Assembly: GCA_025054895.1 (NCBI GenBank)
Contig: JANWYZ010000001.1
Coordinates: 1 to 37,048 of the forward strand
Source of the DNA: a bacterium
GTDB taxonomy: Bacteria; Armatimonadota; HRBIN16
Direction: 5' to 3'
DNA length: 37,048 nucleotides
Shown here: piece by piece, positions 1-8,368 of the stretch
Layout of the letters: each line of letters begins with the position of its first letter
How positions within the stretch are numbered: position 1 is the stretch's first letter
Translations under genes and position numbers: made by a program
The notes under the pieces: generated by a model
What the model was told of the DNA's origin: nothing
Database searches by the model: none
The model's input: only the letters and a program-made list of their open reading frames with translations

Positions 1-163
1 TCTGAGATACTTCGCAGCCGCTCAGAATGACAAAGAGGCTGGAGGGCGAGGCTCCTGCCGAGCCGTTGGGTTTGCGCGGTCGCGACGGAGCGCGACCCTC
101 CAGTATTGTCATGCTGAGCGGGGTGAAGCATCCGGGAGATTCTCCGCCTCGCTTAGCCGCAGC
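1..163. repeat. Composite palindromic intergenic repeat cluster (one copy truncated by the window edge plus one full unit)
   Basis: 3' arm TTCGCAGCCGCTCAGAATGACA at 11-32. Perfect 7-bp stem-loop GGTCGCG-ACGGAG-CGCGACC at 78-97, followed by CTCCAG. Unit arm TGTCATGCTGAGCGGGGTGAAGCATCC (107-133) can pair imperfectly with GATTCTCCGCCTCGCTTAGCC (138-158). The same modules recur at 10974-11062, 21172-21231 and 24835-25116. Confidence 0.75.
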
Positions 164-184
164 CACATTGGCAGCGAGCAATAA

Positions 185-1636
185 CTACTCCGCCTGTACT
201 CCCAACGCCTCGGCGATAAGACGACGCACCTCATTGGGATTAGCGCGCCCTCGGCTGAGCTTCATCACCTGACCTACGAGAAACTGCAGTGTCTGCAGCT
301 TGCCGTTACGCACTTTCTCCGCGGCGTCGGGGTTCTCGGCGATAGCCTGTTGTACCCACGCAAGCAACTGGTCGCTATCACTCACCTGCGTCAAGCCTTT
401 CGCCTGCACTACCTGCAACGGTTCTGCGCCTGTGTGGAATACCTCTTCCAGCACCTGCTTGGCGACGCTTCCGGTAATCGTGCCCCTCTGCACCAGCCCA
501 ATCAGTTCGCGCAGGTGCCTGGGTTCTACTCTGCAGTTGCGAATATCCTCGATGCCCGCCGCGTTCATCAGGCGGGCGAGGTCGCCGTTCATCCAGTTTG
601 CCGCCGCTTTTGGCTCCGCGCCAAGCTTCACCACCTCCTCAAAGTAGTCGGCGGTGGCGCGGTTTTCCACCAGCAGGGCGGCGTCGTATTCGGACAGAGC
701 GTAGTGTTCCATGAAACGCTGCCGTTTTGCCAGAGGCAGCTCGGGCAGGGAGGCGCGGACTTCTTCAATCCATTCCTGCGTGAACTGTACAGGCACCAGG
801 TCGGGTTCGGGGAAGTAGCGGTAGTCTTGTTCGTACTCTTTGGTGCGCATGGGGAAGCTTTCGTCGCGCTCGTCGCTCCAGCCGCGCGTTTCCTGGATTA
901 CCTTCCCCCCTGTCTCCAGAGTAGCGATATGCCTCTGTATCTCGTACTCGATGCCCCGTTGCACCGCGCGGAAGGAGTTGAGGTTCTACAACTCGGTCTT
1001 CACGCCAAAGGTATCGCTGCCCCTCGGGCGCACCGAGAGGTTGGGTTCGCAGCGCAAGCTCCCCTGCTCCATCCGTCCGTCGCACACACCGAGGTATACC
1101 AGCACACTGCGCAGAGTTTCCAGGTAGGCGCGCGCCTCTTCCGCGGTGTGCATATCAGGTGGAAACTCGGTCACAATCTCCATCAGGGGCACGCCGCTGC
1201 GGTTGTAGTCCACCGCGCTCTCGCCGGTGGGCAGGTGAAAGAGCTTGCCGGTGTCCTCCTCCAGATGCACGCGGCGGATATGCACGCGCACCAGCCTTCC
1301 ATTTACCAGCACAACCAGCCATCCCCGCTTACCGATGGGGGTGTCGCCGTACTGCGAAATCTGGTAGTTCTTGGGCAGGTCGGGATAGAAGTAGTTCTTG
1401 CGGTGAAAGATGGAGGTCATCGAGATTTCGCAGTTGAGCGCGAGCGCGGTGCGCAGCACCATTTCTACAGCGCGTTTGTTCATGACCGGTAGCGAGCCGG
1501 GCATTCCCGTACACACCGGACAGCAACGGGTGTTGGGTTCGCCGCCAAAGGCGTTGGCGCAGGAGCAAAACATTTTGCTCTCGGTCAGCAACTCCGCATG
1601 TACTTCCATGCCGATACACGCTTCCCACTCCGCCAT
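185..1636 (-). pseudogene. gatB: Asp-tRNA(Asn)/Glu-tRNA(Gln) amidotransferase subunit B, interrupted by a single in-frame TAG at 986-988
   Basis: ORFs 986-1636 and 185-964 are in the same frame and total 484 codons (483 sense positions counting the internal TAG, plus the terminal stop). The N part has [29 protein letters not shown] and HLEEDTGK. The C part has YRYFPEPDL and the tail FLVGQVMKLSRGRANP. The minus strand across the junction reads AAG ACC GAG TTG TAG AAC CTC AAC TCC TTC = KTEL*NLNSF, where GatB normally has ELKNLNSF. Confidence 0.85.
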
Positions 1637-1675
1637 GAAACCAGACCTCCATCCTCCGTTGACGTTGTTATTTTA

Positions 1676-4144
1676 TCACAAACGATCCTTTTCTCCCACT
1701 ATCTCATACTCTATGCGCAGGGTAACCGATACAGGTAGTGCTATCTCGAAATGCACGTGAGGAGTTCCTTCCACACTGACCGTTGTGACAGGAACGGGGG
1801 TATCATCATCTGTTCGTACCGCTTTTGCAACGGCGCCGGAGGGCAACGGCAAACGTACCCTGACGCGCTCTCCGCTACCAGTCAATGTGAGAGAAATCTT
1901 CTTTTCCTCAGGCAGATGGTGGTAGTTATACGCTACGTACCCCTCGGAAGCGGGATAGCAGATACATACTGACGCTGACCCTTCCCCCGCGGCTACCCAG
2001 CGAGGCGACAGCACAACCTCACGGAAGGCGGTACGGATGTCTTTCACCCCAGCCAACCCCTCTACCAGTGCGCAGGCGACTGCCGCCGCCGCCCATGCAT
2101 CCGGTCCGCCGGTGGAAATGGGGTTGGGGACGAAATAGACGGGCGCGTCGCAGGTAGTTGCGCCCATCACTGCCCACGTGGCGGAGCCATGTCCTGCCTC
2201 CAGCCGAATGGCGGTAACGGTCTTGTCGGGATGCGGGTTGTTGAAGCCGCTCACGGTTATCCCGATGCGCGTCCACTTGCTGTTGCGCCCTGTCCATGCA
2301 ATACGGGTGTTTTGCGAGGGCTCTTGCGGGAAAACCCATCCCAATACGTTGGTGGGGGTGTGGATATACTCGGTGTGTTCTGCGCCGCCGTCGTACACCA
2401 GCGTCAGCGTTCCGCACACGCCCGTGGCAGGCGGGTTACTGACCGCATGAAGCAGGTACAGGCTGGCAAACGATCGCTGAACGGGGATACGCACATCGGC
2501 ATGGCCCTTCTGGCGGTTCAGTCCGATGCAGGCGTCGCCCAGGTGGAAGGGTACCTCTTCGAAGACCTGCTCGCCGGAGGGCAGGGCGGAGAGGTCGTTG
2601 CCCTCTTCGTCCAGATTCATCCACGGCTGTTTGCCCTGCGCCGGTGGAACAGTGGAGCTCATGTGGGCATGGGCGGAGATGTCCAGAGGCTGGAAGGTGC
2701 GCGCTGGTTTCTCGAAGCCGCCGCCCCGGTAGCAGAAGCGGATGCGCCCGTCGGTGCGTTCCGCCAGCCTGAGCACGCGGCGCAGGATGTCCACCCCGTA
2801 TGGCTCGAAGCCATGTTCGAACGCGCCGTGCGCCAGTTCGCCCGCCACGATGGGCGAAACCCCGCCGTTCATATACTCCCAGAGGGGCGCGTGTCGCTCC
2901 CAGCCCTTTGGGAAAGGAGGATATATCATGTACCACTCGCCCGGCGAGCCGTCGGGCAGGTTGTCGCGCAGCTTCTGGTAGGTGCGAAGGATTGCTACCG
3001 CCTGCTCACGCGAGATGTTGCGGTTCAGCGAGTAGGCGTTGGACAGGGAGACCTGCTCTTCTTCCTTCACACCGAAATCGCGCACGAAAGAGGGATCTTC
3101 GGGCACATGATGCTGGAAATGCGTGCCCTTCCAGGCGATGGCGTTCAGCCGCTGGCGTATCTCTTGCGCTTGCTGGCGGTAGGGCTGTGCCTCTTCGCGT
3201 CTGCCCACATGTTCCAGCATTTCCGCCAGTCGCTCGCACGACATGGCGTAGCCCGTGTTGTCTCCAAACATCACGCCGAAGCGCGTCTTATCGGGCGAGA
3301 TGCACAAGCCGATCCCATCGATCGTATCGTAAGTGCTCAGAAAGTCCCAGGTGTCAATGGTGTACGCGCGTTTCAGCAGTCCAAACTTCTGGGAGTAACG
3401 CAATGGGTCAGTGACGCTGTATCGCATGGCGCGGACGGCAGCATCGAGGTGACCTTTCATCCACTCGTCGTCGCCTGTCGCCTGCCAGGCGTAGTAGAGC
3501 GCTTCCACGAAGAGGTACTCCACGTCGTTTTCCACCGGCATTCGCACAAAGCAGGTTTTGCCGTCGGGTGAACGCCAGAAGAAGCGCATGGGGGTATACA
3601 TCGATTCCCAGAAATGCTCGGCGTGCTCGCCCTGCACGACGAAATCCCATATCATGCCGTCTTCACGCTGGCTTTCGCGAAAGAGGTCGATGCCGTCCTT
3701 CACCTGCGGCTCAAAGTAGCGTGAGGCTTTGAGCACGTGCGTGTTGTCTCGTAGCCAGCCGAGAAACAGCCGGTACACTCGCCCTTGCCACGCCAGCACC
3801 GTTTCCCATCGGGATACCTCCAGTTGACACAGGTGGAACAGGCGCGCGAATTCCCCTGAGCTGTCCCAGACAAATGTGTGCGCCCTCAGGCGGAAGCGAA
3901 CTTGCTGGACAGCCTTTCCCTCTGCATCCAGTACGCGCACCTCTTGCCAGCCGCAACTCCCCCCAGCGCGGAATCGCCTCTCTGGCTGCGCGGGCAGGTC
4001 GATGTAAAGGCGACCGGTGCCGTCGAACACCTGCACGCGCTCTCCCTGCACGTCGGTCAACACCACCTCTTGCAAGGGAGCGACAGGGGTGTGAACCAGC
4101 GCGAACACTTTCATCGAAATAACGACAGGCGTTAAGGTGGGCAT
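1676..4144 (-). CDS. Putative six-hairpin (alpha/alpha)6 glycoside hydrolase with inserted beta-rich domain and C-terminal beta-sandwich
   Basis: Long ORF. I prefer ATG 4144, preceded by GGGAGAA 7 nt upstream, which avoids overlap with the upstream gene. The ORF-track start 4315 adds a basic, non-conserved-looking extension. Motifs resemble rhamnosidase/GDE-type six-hairpin glycosidases: ENDVEYLFVEALYYAW, YMNGGVSPIVAGELAHGAF, and LVEGLAGV...VVLSPRW followed by a beta-sandwich tail. Confidence 0.6.
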   Translation of the reverse strand: MPTLTPVVISMKVFALVHTPVAPLQEVVLTDVQGERVQVFDGTGRLYIDLPAQPERRFRAGGSCGWQEVRVLDAEGKAVQQVRFRLRAHTFVWDSSGEFARLFHLCQLEVSRWETVLAWQGRVYRLFLGWLRDNTHVLKASRYFEPQVKDGIDLFRESQREDGMIWDFVVQGEHAEHFWESMYTPMRFFWRSPDGKTCFVRMPVENDVEYLFVEALYYAWQATGDDEWMKGHLDAAVRAMRYSVTDPLRYSQKFGLLKRAYTIDTWDFLSTYDTIDGIGLCISPDKTRFGVMFGDNTGYAMSCERLAEMLEHVGRREEAQPYRQQAQEIRQRLNAIAWKGTHFQHHVPEDPSFVRDFGVKEEEQVSLSNAYSLNRNISREQAVAILRTYQKLRDNLPDGSPGEWYMIYPPFPKGWERHAPLWEYMNGGVSPIVAGELAHGAFEHGFEPYGVDILRRVLRLAERTDGRIRFCYRGGGFEKPARTFQPLDISAHAHMSSTVPPAQGKQPWMNLDEEGNDLSALPSGEQVFEEVPFHLGDACIGLNRQKGHADVRIPVQRSFASLYLLHAVSNPPATGVCGTLTLVYDGGAEHTEYIHTPTNVLGWVFPQEPSQNTRIAWTGRNSKWTRIGITVSGFNNPHPDKTVTAIRLEAGHGSATWAVMGATTCDAPVYFVPNPISTGGPDAWAAAAVACALVEGLAGVKDIRTAFREVVLSPRWVAAGEGSASVCICYPASEGYVAYNYHHLPEEKKISLTLTGSGERVRVRLPLPSGAVAKAVRTDDDTPVPVTTVSVEGTPHVHFEIALPVSVTLRIEYEIVGEKDRL

Positions 4145-4253
4145 CGGTTTCTCCCTACGACGATTGAGATGTGCTCTATCACCGAATTGATTATCTGACG
4201 CGGTATTTCCTCTTCTGTCGCGAAGACCGTCGCCGCGTGTTGTCCATCTCGCC

Positions 4254-6665
4254 TTATCGACCGATAGAAATCTCCTTCCGACTGTAGCCGTCCGGGAGGG
4301 GTTGGCGGCTTTCACCAGAAACCAGTGTGCCTTTGACCCCAGCAGGTAATAACATCTCCACCTGCATCCTGTCCCCTTCGCGATAGCAGCGCACCGAGAT
4401 TTCGCCGCGCGGATGTACCAGCGTGCCCTGCGCTTCGTTCAGACCGCCCAGCTGGGGCTGGATAACCACCTCGCGGAAGCCGGGCGCGGCAGGACGGATG
4501 CCCAGAAGAGTGGCGAAGAAGTGAAACACCGGGTGCGCGCCCCATGCGTGACAGTCCGAGCGAGTCGGCTCAGGCGATTCGATGGTGGTTTTCAAACCTT
4601 TCCGGGTAAGCGCATACCAGTCGTCCAGACGTTTCAGGATGAGATCGGTGCGTTCCAACAAGCGCAGGGTCTCGAACAGGTAGTGGGAGAAGTAGATGGT
4701 GGTCTGCGCGAGGTCGTTGGGCTGAGTGAGCACGCGGGCGATGCGCCCCTGCCGTTCGGCGTCCACACAGCCGCTGAGGATAGCCAGACACTGTGTGTGC
4801 TCGGAGAAGTGTTCCTGCGTCAGGTCGTCCGCGAACAGCCCGCGCCGCTCGTCCCAGAATCGCTCTGTAGCCGCCTGCGCGAGCTCATCGCGCAGGCGCT
4901 CGGCACGCTGCGCCAGTTCTGGTTCGCCAGCGGTGCGCTCCAGCTCCGCCCACAGGTTCAGGGTGTAGACCAGATGCCAGTTATGCAACCCAGAAATGCC
5001 CTCGGTGGCAGGCGGGATACCGTTACGCCAGCTGCGCACCCAGTCGGCGTAGTTCCAGCCGTCGATGACGCGGAACAACCCCTCGCTGGTGCGGTGCGCC
5101 AGATGCGCCTCCATCACGCTGCGCACGCCGGGCATCCGCTCACGCACAAAGCGCAGGTCGTCGCGCCACATCGCGTAGTCATGCACCATCGCCACCCACC
5201 ATAGCGAGAAAGGCGGGATAATCTGCTCCCAGCGCGAGGGGTAGCGCGACTGTGTGACGCCGATGTTGATTCGCGACGAATCGAACATCAGCAACGCCTT
5301 GCGCGGCAGGCGGTCGTCGCGGGTGATGACGTAGGTCACCAGCACCTGCAGGCGTGTATCGCCCACGTACATCAGTTGCTCGAAGAAGGGGCAGTCCATG
5401 TACGTCTCGTGTGCGCACATCTGCAACGCCCGCACAGCGATGCGGGCAACAGGCTCGATGCGCGGGTCTTCGGCGGTGAAGGTGCTTTCCTGCTCCAGCG
5501 GATAGCGTGTTTCCAGGAAGGTCAGGCTATCGATGGTAAGCGGCTCGTCGCCAGTGCGGACGACGATTTCCACATATCGCCCTGCCCGCCACCAGTGGGC
5601 GTCGAACCGCCTCCTGTTGCCTCCGTCGGTCACGAAGGCGTCGCCGAAACCGTCCTGGAGATGCCACACCATGCAGAAGGTTTTGCCTTCTACCTCGTCG
5701 CGGTTGCCCTTCACGCTGTGGCGAGGGTCCTCGTACAGCGCCTCCTGCCAGTGAATCCGCACCGACGCGCCTTTGCCGCCGCTCAGCACCACCTCAGGAT
5801 AGGCGCACACGTAGTTGCCCATATCCACAATAACCCGACGGGCAGTATGGGCTGGAACGGTCAGGGGGGACGCGCCGTCCAGCAACGCCTGCCAGCCTTC
5901 AGCCTCTTCATCAAGATGCTCGGCAAGGCGAACGGGGATGTTCGCGGTGCTTTCCGCTTCTAGGTTCGCCACGAAGCGCACTTTCGCCCCTTGCCACGGG
6001 CGTTCTATCATGGGGAGAAGGATGGCGGGTTGCAGCACATGTTCCGGCAGGCGGTCGCCGCGATGCATGGAGTTAGCGTGCGTCAGCCCTTGAGCAGGTT
6101 GCCAGCCTTCGCCTTCGCCGTTCTCGAAACCCCAGGGGACACGGTTGCCGTCCACCTTCAACATCGCGCCCGTGAACCATCCGCCCAGCGAGGAGAAGAG
6201 CTGGAAACCGTCCAGCCTTTTGACCTCCCACGGCGCTACGCCCGTAGCAAGCAGACTATCCCACTCCGGCTCCTGTGGGCAGAGCACGAAGCCCTGCGGC
6301 GGTTGGGTCATCTGCGCAATCGGCGCGAGCTCGCCCAGCACCCACACCCGCGCCGTGAGCACGTGTTCGCCTGCAGCAAGGGACAGGTCGTAGGTTTCGA
6401 AGAACCAGTGATGGCGGTCGCCACGCTCCGGTCCCCTGCCAATGCGCTTTCCGTCCAGATAGAGTTCGTAGCGTTCATCGGCGGAGACGTGTACACGCAC
6501 GGTAACATCCTGCGGTACTGCGAAGCGGTTACGGAAAGCCAGCACATAAGGAGGTGGAGGCGGTTCATTGATACCAATCCAGCGAGCGCGCCAAACGCCT
6601 CGCTCATCCCAGGGGCGGTCTTCTGTTTGTTCAGCAAAAGGGTAGTCTTCTATCACGACGCGCAT
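4254..6665 (-). CDS. GH78-like alpha-L-rhamnosidase family glycoside hydrolase
   Basis: ATG 6665 with AGGAGG 6 nt upstream. N-terminal rhamnosidase-like beta-sandwich (ERYELYLDGKRIGRGP). Motif ETYMDCPFFEQLMYVGDTRLQ is typical of the GH78-like six-hairpin catalytic domain. C-terminal beta-sandwich (GTLVHPRGEISVRC). Confidence 0.7.
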   Translation of the reverse strand: MRVVIEDYPFAEQTEDRPWDERGVWRARWIGINEPPPPPYVLAFRNRFAVPQDVTVRVHVSADERYELYLDGKRIGRGPERGDRHHWFFETYDLSLAAGEHVLTARVWVLGELAPIAQMTQPPQGFVLCPQEPEWDSLLATGVAPWEVKRLDGFQLFSSLGGWFTGAMLKVDGNRVPWGFENGEGEGWQPAQGLTHANSMHRGDRLPEHVLQPAILLPMIERPWQGAKVRFVANLEAESTANIPVRLAEHLDEEAEGWQALLDGASPLTVPAHTARRVIVDMGNYVCAYPEVVLSGGKGASVRIHWQEALYEDPRHSVKGNRDEVEGKTFCMVWHLQDGFGDAFVTDGGNRRRFDAHWWRAGRYVEIVVRTGDEPLTIDSLTFLETRYPLEQESTFTAEDPRIEPVARIAVRALQMCAHETYMDCPFFEQLMYVGDTRLQVLVTYVITRDDRLPRKALLMFDSSRINIGVTQSRYPSRWEQIIPPFSLWWVAMVHDYAMWRDDLRFVRERMPGVRSVMEAHLAHRTSEGLFRVIDGWNYADWVRSWRNGIPPATEGISGLHNWHLVYTLNLWAELERTAGEPELAQRAERLRDELAQAATERFWDERRGLFADDLTQEHFSEHTQCLAILSGCVDAERQGRIARVLTQPNDLAQTTIYFSHYLFETLRLLERTDLILKRLDDWYALTRKGLKTTIESPEPTRSDCHAWGAHPVFHFFATLLGIRPAAPGFREVVIQPQLGGLNEAQGTLVHPRGEISVRCYREGDRMQVEMLLPAGVKGTLVSGESRQPLPDGYSRKEISIGR

Positions 6666-6947
6666 GATGTGCCTCCTGTTTGGACAGTGGAAACCTGTGC
6701 TCCTCCCTTGCGGCGGGCAGGTGATGCTACATTCGGCTCACCAGAAGGTTCATCCTCCTGCACAGGGCTGTACCTCGGAGCGATTAGCCTGCATACAGTC
6801 ACGGGTGAAAACAGGCTGCCTGTTTACGTGCGGGGGCGTATTACTGTGTGGGAGGCTATCATGTTTATCTCACCAGCATCACAGGCGCACCCCTGCAATC
6901 TCTGTATTACGGGTTTCGTAAGATTTTTTGAAAAAGAATGCGAAAGG

Positions 6948-6976
6948 TTGATTTCGTCGCCAAAGTTTGTTACAAT
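6948..6976 (+). promoter_or_regulatory. Sigma70-type promoter with extended -10
   Basis: TTGATT (6948-6953), 17-nt spacer, TGT-TACAAT (6968-6976). An A/T-rich UP-like tract AGATTTTTTGAAAAAGAAT lies just upstream, in an otherwise GC-rich window. Confidence 0.6.
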
Positions 6977-6991
6977 ATGGATTGATTAGCA

Positions 6992-7016
6992 GGAACGCCG
7001 TGGCGTTCTCTTTTTT
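6992..7016 (+). terminator. Terminator-like hairpin plus T-tract about 10-15 nt after the predicted transcription start
   Basis: GGAACGC (6992-6998) pairs with GCGTTCT (7003-7009, one G-U pair), loop CGTG, then C-TTTTTT (7010-7016). No plus-strand gene lies upstream for it to terminate. Confidence 0.45.
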
Positions 7017-7141
7017 GGTTGTACTCCGGTTCGCGAGGTAAAGGAGCAAACTGCAAGACGAAACATGGGAACAGTCCTGCAGCGCGTTCCCAGAAGCTGG
7101 TCATGCTGCATCGTGATTGACTTCGAGGGGGGACACCAGCA

Positions 7142-7351
7142 ATGTGGCAGCGACCGGAAAATGACCAATTTGCGGACGAGCTCTTCCTCGCGGGAGAGCG
7201 TGTTGCTCCAGGCGTGTACAGACAGGTAGGAAGTGACAAAGTAATCCGGTTAGAGACGGAAGACATTCTGCCTGCGAGCTGTGACGGACATGTCGCTTGC
7301 TATGTGCGCATCCAGAACTTGTGGTCGCAGATTCAGGCGGTGCAAACGTAG
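7142..7351 (+). CDS. Small hypothetical protein (69 aa)
   Basis: ATG 7142 preceded by GAGGGGGG (7125-7132). The ORF is followed 17 nt later by a strong intrinsic terminator. I recognised no family. Confidence 0.5.
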   Translation: MWQRPENDQFADELFLAGERVAPGVYRQVGSDKVIRLETEDILPASCDGHVACYVRIQNLWSQIQAVQT

Positions 7352-7368
7352 GGCAAGAAGCAGTTAGT

Positions 7369-7400
7369 AGAGCCGGCGGCAAATACCGCCGGCTCTTTTG
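7369..7400 (+). terminator. Rho-independent terminator
   Basis: Perfect 11-bp stem AGAGCCGGCGG (7369-7379) / CCGCCGGCTCT (7386-7396), loop CAAATA, then TTTG. It sits between the small ORF (+) and the accA stop (-). Confidence 0.8.
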
Positions 7401-8363
7401 CTACTCTACAGCGACGCGCCACACCCCGAGGTTACGGTATCGCTCGTAGCGGCTTTCGCGCAGTTTGCTCACCGACAGCTTCTGCAAAGGAGCCAGGTGT
7501 CTCAATAATGCCTCTTTCACCCGCTGCGCCGCCGCCAACGGATCGCGGTGCGCCCCGCCTAGAGGCTCCTCAACCACCTCATCCACCACGCCAAGTCGCT
7601 GAGCATCATGAGCGGTCAGCCTTAAAGCCTCCGCCGCTTCGGGGGCGCGCTTGGCATCGCGCCACAAAATGGCTGCGCACCCTTCAGGCGGGATCACCGA
7701 GTAGATGGCATACTCCTGCATCAGCACCCGGTCTGCCACAGCGATACCCAATGCGCCGCCACTACCCCCTTCTCCAATAACTACAGAGACGATGGGCACT
7801 CTGAGGAGCATCATCTCGCGCAGGTTGCGGGCAATGGCTTCGCTAATGCCCCGGCTTTCCGACTCCACGCCCGGGTCCGCGGCGGGGGTGTCTATGAAGG
7901 TAACCACTGGTCTCCCAAACTTTTCCGCCAAATACATCAGCCTTAATGCCTTGCGATAGCCTTCCGGCTTTGCCATACCGAAATTACGCCGCTGGCGTTC
8001 TTTCAGGTCGCGCCCTTTCTGCTGCCCGATAACCATCACCGGCTTGTCGTTCAACCACGCCATCCCCCCAACGATGGCTCCGTCATCACCGAACTGCCGG
8101 TCGCCATGCAGCTCGATGAAATCATCGAAGATGGCGCGGATGTAGTCCAGCGTATACGGACGCTGAGGATGACGCGCCAGCAGGGTGCGATCCCACGGCG
8201 TCAGGTTGCGGAAAATCTCGCGCAACAACCGTTCGCGGTCCTGCTCCAGCGCGGCGATCTGCTCGCTTTTGTCGATACCCTGCTCCGCCGTAAGACGCTT
8301 CAACGCCTCGATATTGGCGTCCAGCTCGGCAATCGGCTTCTCGAAGTCCAAAACAGTTCGCAC
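7401..8363 (-). CDS. accA: Acetyl-CoA carboxylase carboxyltransferase subunit alpha
   Basis: GTG start 8363 with GGGGGGA 8 nt upstream. N-terminus RTVLDFEKPIAELDANIEAL and the core FIDTPAADPGVESESRGISEAIARNL are classic AccA. TAG stop. Confidence 0.95.
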   Translation of the reverse strand: MRTVLDFEKPIAELDANIEALKRLTAEQGIDKSEQIAALEQDRERLLREIFRNLTPWDRTLLARHPQRPYTLDYIRAIFDDFIELHGDRQFGDDGAIVGGMAWLNDKPVMVIGQQKGRDLKERQRRNFGMAKPEGYRKALRLMYLAEKFGRPVVTFIDTPAADPGVESESRGISEAIARNLREMMLLRVPIVSVVIGEGGSGGALGIAVADRVLMQEYAIYSVIPPEGCAAILWRDAKRAPEAAEALRLTAHDAQRLGVVDEVVEEPLGGAHRDPLAAAQRVKEALLRHLAPLQKLSVSKLRESRYERYRNLGVWRVAVE

Positions 8364-8368
8364 CTCGT

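Noticed and set aside
27-272. Short ORFs inside the repeat clusters: 27-272, 24706-25005, 25021-25260 and 21090-21296.
   Set aside because: They are created by the palindromic repeat units (for example ...VMLSGVKHP..., MLSNGEAS...). They have no SD and run into or out of neighbouring genes. I treated them as repeat artefacts.
986-988. Genome-wide reassignment of TAG (for example to an amino acid) as the explanation for the gatB internal stop.
   Set aside because: TAG terminates accA (7401-7403), accD (8369-8371) and gatB itself (185-187) at positions consistent with full-length proteins. TAG is therefore a normal stop in this genome, and only a local event remains plausible.
350-1492. 380-aa plus-strand ORF antisense to gatB. 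Similar long mirror ORFs occur at 2189-3571, 4413-5204, 5991-6989, 12606-13562, 18365-19033, 29287-29922 and 31875-32861.
   Set aside because: All lie entirely opposite genes with strong family signatures. Their translations are Arg/Ala/Gly/Pro/His-rich and low in complexity, with no recognisable motifs or ribosome-binding sites. This is the usual stop-codon-poor antisense frame of GC-rich DNA.
4145-4315. N-terminal extensions given by the ORF track for several genes: starts at 4315, 13961, 16376, 17262, 21154, 22077, 27089 and 31437.
   Set aside because: The extensions overlap upstream genes or repeat/promoter DNA and are basic and low in complexity. In each case an internal start with a good Shine-Dalgarno aligns with the expected family N-terminus.
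6666-6947. A structured ncRNA (RNase P RNA, tmRNA, SRP RNA or 6S RNA) in the 480-nt gap upstream of the rhamnosidase-like gene.
   Set aside because: I found none of the conserved cores I know: GAGGAAAGUCC for RNase P, the GGGG...tag ORF...CCA end for tmRNA, or the GGAAGCAGC-type domain IV for SRP. An Rfam scan would be needed to exclude other RNAs.
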